Made by a program: the position numbers and the translations under genes. This document shows positions 57,067 through 64,000 of a stretch of 64,000 bases of DNA, one piece after another. The notes under the pieces were generated by a model. The model searched no databases, had not been told where the DNA came from, and was given only the letters and a program-made list of their open reading frames with translations. The DNA lies in the IMG/VR virus record IMGVR_UViG_3300017792_000017, positions 32,001-96,000 of that record. The stretch is one strand, 5' to 3'. The stretch is from a virus. Numbering within the stretch: position 1 is the first letter of the stretch; every line of letters starts with the position of its first letter.

Positions 57067-57204
57067 ATGGATCAGGCCGATCAAGACGAAATACGGAGAA
57101 TCGTATTTGGTGAAAATGAGGTACTGTATTCAAAGATCATAGCAGTGGCGGTGGTATCTGTAATTACAGCAGTGCTGGCCCTCATAGCTCTGAGGCAGCG
57201 CTAA
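57067..57204 (+). CDS. 45-aa tail-anchored membrane peptide
   Basis: GGAG RBS; MDQADQDEIRR...IIAVAVVSVITAVLALIALRQR. Confidence 0.55.
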   Translation: MDQADQDEIRRIVFGENEVLYSKIIAVAVVSVITAVLALIALRQR

Positions 57205-57253
57205 AAAACGATGCACAGCCCAGCTAGTAACTGGGCTCTACCAAGGGGATTTC

Positions 57254-57577
57254 ATGGCACCGCTGCTGTACACTATGTACGCTGTATCTGTTCTACTGAC
57301 TGCGTACGTTCTTATAAAAGTAGCTCCGTGGAAGAAACTCTCGTTAGAAAAAATTATACCGAGAGTTGTATTCGTGGTACTCGTATCATTAATACCAGTA
57401 ATAAATGTGTGTTTCATAAGTTTCATCCCGTTAGTCAGGGAAGTAGATCGTGCAGTGAAGCGAGAGAACTTCAAAACGGAAGACGAAGAGCTTGAATTCG
57501 TTAGAATCTACATTACGACGAAAGTCTCTAAACGGGTATTGGCTTTCTGCAGAAGAGTAGGTCTCAAAAGAGACTAG
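57254..57577 (+). CDS. Membrane protein (2 TM)
   Basis: AAGGGG RBS; terminator about 57586-57611. Confidence 0.55.
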   Translation: MAPLLYTMYAVSVLLTAYVLIKVAPWKKLSLEKIIPRVVFVVLVSLIPVINVCFISFIPLVREVDRAVKRENFKTEDEELEFVRIYITTKVSKRVLAFCRRVGLKRD

Positions 57578-57683
57578 AGCGTAATCCCGGTCAGTACGAC
57601 GGGCTTTTTTTAAATTCCCTAAGCGTGAAGTGGTATAAGAATATTAGAAGTAAACATTATAATTTTACTAAGGAGTTTGACCA

Positions 57684-58043
57684 ATGAAGACGCTCAACGG
57701 CATTACCTACGTCCAGCTTAAGACACTCACGACTGCAGAACTCAATGCACTTTGCGCGGCGTATGCTGCAAGCCAAGTTTTCATAGCTATGGAGTCTAGT
57801 GGCTTTGCTGACGAAGGTGAAAGAGATTTTGCAGACAAGTTCATGCAAATTTTCACTCGTCGTGCAGAAGAGATGTTCAATGAAAAAGTCACCGACAAAA
57901 TATATTCGATGATGAGAATTCTCTACGACACGGAAGAGAAGTTCGACATGGCATCTGAAATGACAACTGAAATGGGTAACATCGCAATGATGACTCAGAA
58001 GATGATGAAGCAGATTCATCAAGATGTTCTAGCGATGCGCTAA
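57684..58043 (+). CDS. Hypothetical Met-rich helical protein
   Basis: Promoter motif at 57631; AAGGAG RBS; terminator 58045-58078. Confidence 0.65.
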   Translation: MKTLNGITYVQLKTLTTAELNALCAAYAASQVFIAMESSGFADEGERDFADKFMQIFTRRAEEMFNEKVTDKIYSMMRILYDTEEKFDMASEMTTEMGNIAMMTQKMMKQIHQDVLAMR

Positions 58044-58169
58044 AGAAAAAAGCCCAGCTAACAACTGGGCTTTTTTTAGACTTTCAGAAATAAGAAAAGC
58101 CAGGATTTTACCCCGGCTTGTCTTTAGATGGGATCACCTCCTCTCGGAAGTTCTAACCACGCTGAGTGA

Positions 58170-59063
58170 TTAGAAGTTTAGAACAACTGCACCATTTACG
58201 TTACCGATACCAGCACCTACAGCTTCGTAAGTATGGAACTCGATAATGTCTGCTTCGGTCTTCAGGAAGACTGTCGGAGCTTGAAGCTCATAGAACTGAC
58301 CAAGGTAGTTCTGAGGAGCAAAAACGATTGCTTGGTTCGTCGGGAGGATGTTAGCCTTGTTCGTGGTGATGATCTTGTAACCGAAGAAGTTATCAAGAGT
58401 CGCTTCGCCTTGGAACAGTGCTGATGCTGCCGGTGAGCCTACGTCTGTTGCTGCAAAAGTCAGCAGATCAGCGTACATTGATTGTGTCATAAGGATACAA
58501 CCAACAGGTAGCTTGTTCAGAAGCATGAACTTGATACCAGCCATCAGGTTAGCCTTTGTAAAGCCACCAGCGATGGTGTGAACGTTGCTGTTTGCTGTAG
58601 CAATAGCGTTGATGTTTTGATAGAAGTTTACGTCTTCTTGTTCTTGAATATCCTTAACGCTGTTTTCTTGAAGGATAGTACGAATGTCGGTACGGTATGT
58701 AGCGAGTTCGAACTTGCTCTTACGGAAGTCAGCTGATTGGATCTTCTGGAATGTAACTGGGTAACGTTGTGTCTTCCAGTAACGGATTTCCGGACGGCCA
58801 AGGAACGGAGCAGTAGCAGCTACTGAATCAGGTTCCTTTTCAACGATAACCGTTGGTTCTTCAGTCAGTTGGCGATCAAGCTCTGAAGCTGTGATTTGAA
58901 CTGGCGTAAGAATCTTACGGGTAAAGCCGTCTTCACGAAGCTTCTGACGTACGAAAGCTGACATTGCAGCTGAAGCTTCTTTGGTGTGACCTTGGTCAAT
59001 CTTGTCTAGGAAAGATTGATTCAGGAATTGTACGTTTACTGTTTCTGTGTTATATGCGCTCAT
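58170..59063 (-). CDS. Major capsid protein (HK97-like fold, putative)
   Basis: 297 aa; RQKLREDGFTRKIL, DIQEQED; follows protease, scaffold and decoration genes; strong codon bias; terminator about 58094-58119. Confidence 0.75.
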   Translation of the reverse strand: MSAYNTETVNVQFLNQSFLDKIDQGHTKEASAAMSAFVRQKLREDGFTRKILTPVQITASELDRQLTEEPTVIVEKEPDSVAATAPFLGRPEIRYWKTQRYPVTFQKIQSADFRKSKFELATYRTDIRTILQENSVKDIQEQEDVNFYQNINAIATANSNVHTIAGGFTKANLMAGIKFMLLNKLPVGCILMTQSMYADLLTFAATDVGSPAASALFQGEATLDNFFGYKIITTNKANILPTNQAIVFAPQNYLGQFYELQAPTVFLKTEADIIEFHTYEAVGAGIGNVNGAVVLNF

Positions 59064-59075
59064 TTTATTGTCCTG

Positions 59076-59498
59076 TTACGATACTTTGATTGTAATATGA
59101 GCAGTTTGCGTTGAGCTTGCTGCAACAACGTCAAGTACGAAACCGAGAATAGGGTCTGTACCAGCTAGACCCAGAGCGATTTGACCGCTTTTAACAGTAA
59201 CAGGTGAACCAGGCTGATATGAGCCTGCTGCGAAGTTTGAGATGCTTGCAATGAAGTTACCCCAAAGAACAACTGCCTTACCTGAGTAAGCTGATGAGCT
59301 ACTATCGCCGTTACCAACAATTACTAGGCCGACTGAATTACTTGCTGCCGCTGCTGACTTGTCGATGGTGTTGTCTGATTGCTTGGCAACCCAGTCGCCG
59401 TTTTGCAGAGTAACACCTGACTTGATCGGCTCGACACGCTCTAGAGAACCATCATACGGCCAGCCACGGATGATCTCTGCGTTACGTTCCATTAACAT
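59076..59498 (-). CDS. Head decoration protein (putative)
   Basis: 140 aa beta-rich, immediately upstream of MCP. Confidence 0.6.
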   Translation of the reverse strand: MLMERNAEIIRGWPYDGSLERVEPIKSGVTLQNGDWVAKQSDNTIDKSAAAASNSVGLVIVGNGDSSSSAYSGKAVVLWGNFIASISNFAAGSYQPGSPVTVKSGQIALGLAGTDPILGFVLDVVAASSTQTAHITIKVS

Positions 59499-59640
59499 AT
59501 TTATTTCCTTGTATATGTTTCTATTTTTAAATAAACCGAGTAAAGACTATATCTACTCGGCTCAAAATTCTTTCACAACATTTCTATTTTAATGTGGAAA
59601 AATAGTAGTGTGGGAAATCGATTATTTTTAGCTAAAAAAT

Positions 59641-60240
59641 TTAGCTCAGCATGAATTCAAGAAGGGGATCAGTCTTAGGACGAGCAAAGCCTACGCCATT
59701 ACCCATTCCCCACGGTTCATCCATTGCAGATGCAACCTTCTGAAGAACTTCAGGAGAGACTCGTTGGAGTTGTTCCAGATCTTCTTGTGTGAACTGAGCG
59801 GCAGAAGCCAGCTTAGTGATTTGCTCAGGCATCTCTACAGGCACTTCTAGAGCCCTATCGAGTGCAACTTGATGTTCGGTAGCCTGCTTCTCAATCTCAG
59901 CCTTCAGGCCTTCGATTTGGGCTTCTAGAGCATCAACGTATTCAGCTGTCTTGTGCAGAAGTTCAACCGTTGGATTTTCATCTACTTCAAGAACGAAGTT
60001 TGAAAGTTCAGCAACGTTAATGTTTGCTGCTTTAACAAGCTTTACAGCTTCTTCATGATCAACGCCCTTCATAGCTAGAGCTGACGTAGCCTCTTTTTCC
60101 ATGATATGTTGAGCTACTTGATAACGAGCATCTGCATCGCTAAAACCAGCTTGCTTAAGATGTTCGATAGCAACAGCTTCGGGAGTTGCAAGACGAACTG
60201 TTTCAGCGTGGTCTTTGAGGATTGTTGATAGTTTAGTCAT
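59641..60240 (-). CDS. Scaffold-like coiled-coil protein
   Basis: Probable start MTKLS at 60240; EKEA, HKTA, EKQA, TKLAS, QKVAS motifs. Confidence 0.55.
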   Translation of the reverse strand: MTKLSTILKDHAETVRLATPEAVAIEHLKQAGFSDADARYQVAQHIMEKEATSALAMKGVDHEEAVKLVKAANINVAELSNFVLEVDENPTVELLHKTAEYVDALEAQIEGLKAEIEKQATEHQVALDRALEVPVEMPEQITKLASAAQFTQEDLEQLQRVSPEVLQKVASAMDEPWGMGNGVGFARPKTDPLLEFMLS

Positions 60241-60661
60241 TTGTCTTTTTGCTATGGAGCGGGCTAAAACCTGCATTAGCCATGCGCTTATTGTGATCGA
60301 TATGCCCAGAAATTTTACCAGCTAAAGTAACACCTAGAGAACCGGCGATGAGACCTGCGTTAAATTTTCCAAGTTTTTTTCCAGCAAGTAAAGCTTCTCT
60401 AGAAAAACCTTCTGGCACTCCAGTTGAGAGCATTTTTCTATGAGCAGCCTCTACTAGAGAAGTGCCAGCTTTAGCACCTGCGAATCCTGCAGCTGCCATC
60501 GAGCCTAAAGCTATGCCGGGATGTACGCCTTTGGCTTCATGGTATTTCTTAAAGTCAGATTTATCCAAATTCACGCTTTTGATATTGAAAAACTTCTTAT
60601 CATCTGAGTGAGGCTTAACCTGATAACTTTCAGCAACTTTCTCTAAGTACTTATTGGACAT
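60233..60661 (-). CDS. MSNKYLEKVAE-leader putative internal head protein
   Basis: Shared leader; Gly/Ala hydrophobic segments. Confidence 0.55.
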   Translation of the reverse strand: MSNKYLEKVAESYQVKPHSDDKKFFNIKSVNLDKSDFKKYHEAKGVHPGIALGSMAAAGFAGAKAGTSLVEAAHRKMLSTGVPEGFSREALLAGKKLGKFNAGLIAGSLGVTLAGKISGHIDHNKRMANAGFSPLHSKKTND

Positions 60662-61076
60662 GTTTGTTAATCTGTTTATTTAGTTTAACACCAGCATAGT
60701 CTGCTGCTAAACCAGCTGCTCCACTTAACGCCATAATTTTAGCGTTGTGAAGTTTGGCACCTTGCCCGAATACCTTAGGCATAGAGTTCATCAGCTTATG
60801 AGCACCAAAGCCTGTAGCTGTGCCCAAACCAGCGATTACGCCAGTGTTGACCAGCTCTTGTTTATGTGTTAAATCCTGCGCAGCTTTATACAACGCTCTG
60901 GTAAAGAGAGTCTTAGCTCCCCGTATCAGTTTTGAACCAGGTGCCGTAATAGGCGCTGGTTCTTTTACTTTCCCTAGGCTTACATCTTTCTTGACAATCA
61001 TACCAGCCGATTTGATGCGACCTTGAGTGTCCATGTCAAAATTAAGACTAGCGATTTTTTCAAGATATTTGTTCAT
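60651..61076 (-). CDS. MNKYLEKIAS-leader putative internal head protein
   Basis: Leader identical to that of 54947..55210. Confidence 0.55.
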   Translation of the reverse strand: MNKYLEKIASLNFDMDTQGRIKSAGMIVKKDVSLGKVKEPAPITAPGSKLIRGAKTLFTRALYKAAQDLTHKQELVNTGVIAGLGTATGFGAHKLMNSMPKVFGQGAKLHNAKIMALSGAAGLAADYAGVKLNKQINKHVQ

Positions 61077-61145
61077 AGTTACCTAATAAAAAACCCCTCT
61101 ACATCGAGGATACAGAGGGGTTCTTACTTTATAAAATCAAGCTAG

Positions 61146-61697
61146 TTAGTCTGCTTTAGATTTATGTTTCTTGTCTGCTAGAGCACCTTTGATTGCCGAG
61201 TAGGCTTTTCCGCCAAGGTATCCACCGCCGACAGATCCTGCAACAAGTCCTGGAAGTCCAGCTGCATGAACACCTGCTACAGCACCTGCAGTACCGGTTA
61301 CGAATCCTGACAAGGTACCACCTACTTTATCACCTTTTTTGGATCCAGCATAACCACTTAGTGCACTAAGAAGAGCTTCTTTTTCTAACTCAGAAGCCTT
61401 CTTTTCTACTAGATCAACTGCATTTTCAAAATCCAGACCTGAGTCTACCAGAAGACTTACTGCAGCTTGTTTTTCTTGGTTTTTGTTCTTTTGTACTGCG
61501 GCGCCAACACCTAGACCTAAGACTCCTGCGCCAGTGGCCGCTGCTGCGACCCTAGCCTTATTCAGTGTGCGTGGAGCACCCATAACATTCTTGGGACCCC
61601 CACCTGAGCCTGGAATACGTGTGACTTTTTGAGCTAACGAAGTGCCTGGAACTTTACCCGCTAGTTGCAGGACACCCGCTTCTTTCGTTAGCCCAGC
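61146..61697 (-). CDS. -1 frame extension of the upstream scaffold-like gene (ORF track 61146..61583)
   Basis: Frame is open from the A_AAA_AAG site to the stop at 61146; repeats the QEKQAAVSLLVDSGLDFENAV module of the upstream protein. Confidence 0.65.
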   Translation of the reverse strand, partial: AGLTKEAGVLQLAGKVPGTSLAQKVTRIPGSGGGPKNVMGAPRTLNKARVAAAATGAGVLGLGVGAAVQKNKNQEKQAAVSLLVDSGLDFENAVDLVEKKASELEKEALLSALSGYAGSKKGDKVGGTLSGFVTGTAGAVAGVHAAGLPGLVAGSVGGGYLGGKAYSAIKGALADKKHKSKAD

Positions 61698-62551
61698 TTT
61701 TTTACCAAGTTTACTGCGGTGTCAAAATCGAAGCCAGCTTCGATGAAGTGTGACAGTGCAGCTTGCTTAACTTGTGAAGCTTCTTCACGTTCGATTTCTT
61801 CAGCAGCTTCCTTGACCATGTTTACTGCATCGTCAAATTCAAAGCCTTGTTCTACGAGTGATGAAACTGCAGCAGCCTTTTCTTGACCAGCCGTTACCCA
61901 ACCACCAGTTTGAACTTGGTTAGGAGCTTGTGCACCGATTTGTGCGCCTTCATCCTTAGCAACGCCAGGAGCAGGATTTTGATCAACTGGAGCAGCGCCA
62001 CGAGCCATTGCGTCAGCAACGATTGCGTCGAAGATTTGGTTGATTGTACCACCATTACCCTTGCCGTCTGTGCCGGGTTGGTTCTGGATGATAGCATCTT
62101 GTTCAGCTACTTGAGCTGCAAGATCTTGTTGTGTCTTGTTCGGTACAGCATTACCAATACCGTTAACGGTATTTTGGTCACCTACTGAAGCCAGCTTTTC
62201 AAGAAGAGCTTCGGCTAGTGCCTTGCCTGCGTCAGCAGCTTGTTTGTTCATAGTATCCTCTGGTTTAACTTGATCAAGTTTAATGGATGCAACTTTTTGC
62301 ATTACTTCTTTTGCTAAGTCAGCGCCTTTAGCCGCAGCTTCTTTGACACGTTCATCAGCATCGTTCTTCTCTTTGGCGTCCTTGACTTCTTCCTTAGCTT
62401 CCTTTACATCTTTGTCAGCTTTGTCGATAGCCTTTTCTGCCTTATCTTCATCTTTCTTTTCTTCTTTCTCTGTATCTTCACTAGCTACTTTATGGAGGCC
62501 AGCTTCTTTTTGCAGATCATTAAGAAGACCGTCTAGAGTGAAACTCATCAT
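61688..62551 (-). CDS. Scaffold/core-like head protein
   Basis: 287 aa charged coiled coil; many KxA motifs; follows the protease. Confidence 0.6.
   Translation of the reverse strand: MMSFTLDGLLNDLQKEAGLHKVASEDTEKEEKKDEDKAEKAIDKADKDVKEAKEEVKDAKEKNDADERVKEAAAKGADLAKEVMQKVASIKLDQVKPEDTMNKQAADAGKALAEALLEKLASVGDQNTVNGIGNAVPNKTQQDLAAQVAEQDAIIQNQPGTDGKGNGGTINQIFDAIVADAMARGAAPVDQNPAPGVAKDEGAQIGAQAPNQVQTGGWVTAGQEKAAAVSSLVEQGFEFDDAVNMVKEAAEEIEREEASQVKQAALSHFIEAGFDFDTAVNLVKKLG
61697..61703 (-). promoter_or_regulatory. -1 ribosomal frameshift site A_AAA_AAG with 3' hairpin
   Basis: GTA AAA AAG CTG GGC TAA; stem 61684-61694 / 61631-61641. Confidence 0.7.
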
Positions 62552-62609
62552 GACTAATATCCTTTTTTAATAGGGCTACGTTGAATTGTAGCCTTTCGAA
62601 AATCTTAGG

Positions 62610-64000
62610 TCAATTCTTTTTCTTCTGAACCAACTTAACCATCGCTGTTTTGGCGAGTTTGTAAGTCAGCTTATAGTCAGAAGCAGATTTAACTAAAACT
62701 ATTTTAACACCATCTGAAGCCTTGTTCAATTCTTGCTCTTTCATTTTCCGCTCTATTGCTTGGGTAATGTACCACTTAGCAGCTAGAGCAGCTCCGCCGA
62801 TAGCAGCAATGGCAGTAAGCATCTTCATCAAACTTGACTTATTCCCTTCTTCTGACTTGAGATTCTGTTCACGGAACTTTTCGTAAATCGTAGGTTCGAT
62901 GTGAGGACCGTTGCCGACAAAGCCAACATTAGTACCCTGTACATAACCGTAAGTCGAAGCCTGTTTGTTCAGCGATACACGTTCCTCAACATACTGTGGA
63001 AGATACGAGGCATCCTGCATATGAGGAAGCATAGCATGAACGATACCGATGTTGGGTTCTGTAATTTCACCGAAATCACGGTCGAATTCGGGAATAGCAG
63101 TAAGACCAACCTTATCAAAATATGCAGCAGCCATTGGGCCAATGCCGCGCCCTTCTTCACCCATCAATTTTCTAGCAATCAGTTCAGCGAGAAAACCAAT
63201 CGAAGGGCTAATGCCAAGATGAGCAAAGGTACTAAAAGTCTCATTAAGCTTATAATTTCGAAGAACATCGATAACCGATCCTTGCGGATCACTAACTCGT
63301 GATACAAGATTATCAAGATTAGAATCGATAGATACAACATCGCCATCAATCTCCTTCGTTAATTCTGAAAGCTTTTTAAGAGTAGCACTCTTCTGTAACG
63401 GAAGGTCATTTAGACCAGCCATTAGCGCCTCATCCACTGAACCAATCACTTCGCTTTCAGATGCTACTTTCTGTAGAACTGCGCTAGTTACGTCTGCTGG
63501 ACGAAATACAATAGAGATGTCGAAGAATCGCAATGGAGCCAAGTTAAGCGCCATTACCTTACGACCATCAGGGAAAACCTTACCCAACTGTTCGCTTAGA
63601 TGCTCACAATACTCTTCACGGGTACGAGCTTTGTTACCACAAATTGAACAAACATCGAAAGGTGTACGGCAAGCCATTGAAGTCTTTGGCCAGTCACCGC
63701 TTTCGATACGATCAACGATGTCTGGAGCCTTGTCGTTCCAAAGCTCAGCGATAAGCTCAACGCGGTGCATTCTGTCGTTGTAGACAGAGTACACAACTTG
63801 ACCAATAGCGATTTCGGGATTTTTGTTTACGTGGTTTCTGAAAATATGGGCAGGAGCAGTCTCAAAGGTATTGTGGTAATCAATGAGGTTACTTTCTGGG
63901 AAGTAGTCAGCATTACGGTTTGCACCATAAAACTCTCCAGCACCCATAGCTAGAATGTGAAGATACGTCTTGCCCTGAATGGGCGTTAGTTTAGAAGCGA
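62610..64000 (-). CDS. Prohead protease (5' partial)
   Basis: IFRNH, TSMAC...CSICGN...CEH, FFDISIVFRPAD; frame stays open from 63947 to the window edge. Confidence 0.7.
   Translation of the reverse strand, partial: ASKLTPIQGKTYLHILAMGAGEFYGANRNADYFPESNLIDYHNTFETAPAHIFRNHVNKNPEIAIGQVVYSVYNDRMHRVELIAELWNDKAPDIVDRIESGDWPKTSMACRTPFDVCSICGNKARTREEYCEHLSEQLGKVFPDGRKVMALNLAPLRFFDISIVFRPADVTSAVLQKVASESEVIGSVDEALMAGLNDLPLQKSATLKKLSELTKEIDGDVVSIDSNLDNLVSRVSDPQGSVIDVLRNYKLNETFSTFAHLGISPSIGFLAELIARKLMGEEGRGIGPMAAAYFDKVGLTAIPEFDRDFGEITEPNIGIVHAMLPHMQDASYLPQYVEERVSLNKQASTYGYVQGTNVGFVGNGPHIEPTIYEKFREQNLKSEEGNKSSLMKMLTAIAAIGGAALAAKWYITQAIERKMKEQELNKASDGVKIVLVKSASDYKLTYKLAKTAMVKLVQKKKN

Noticed and set aside
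1-64000. tRNA/rRNA genes, integrase, IS elements; other short antisense ORFs in the track
   Set aside because: None recognised by eye (a tRNAscan/Infernal run would be decisive); the antisense ORFs are shadows of codon-biased structural genes

Overview
A 64-kb segment of a large (probably jumbo) contractile-tailed phage genome. The minus strand carries a nearly complete virion module. Reading right to left it contains: prohead protease, scaffold/internal-head proteins, decoration protein, major capsid, neck, tail sheath, GIY-YIG endonuclease, tail tube, spike, glycosyltransferase, terminase, tail chaperones, tape measure, baseplate, a phage sigma factor, tail fibres, lysis cassette, PAAR, SGNH esterase and a tailspike. 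Plus-strand cassettes are inserted among these genes, most headed by a TGGTATAA(G/C) promoter motif and closed by a terminator. Two stand out. (1) A complete phage-encoded ubiquitin-like conjugation set at 31.7-37.5 kb: a head-to-tail di-ubiquitin-like precursor (two protein-identical but synonymously recoded units ending in GTKG), a kissing-loop RNA, an E2, a JAB peptidase and an E1. (2) A retron-type reverse transcriptase at 42.3-44.25 kb, whose 12-bp inverted repeat brackets the whole operon including the RT gene, with a structured RNA downstream. Also seen: two -1 programmed frameshift sites, a probable replication origin, an RNA polymerase beta'-like Zn module in a baseplate-region protein, a shared N-terminal MNKYLEKIAS peptide, and TAAAAT late promoters that predict leaderless mRNAs. 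All family assignments come from motifs read by eye; no database searches were run.
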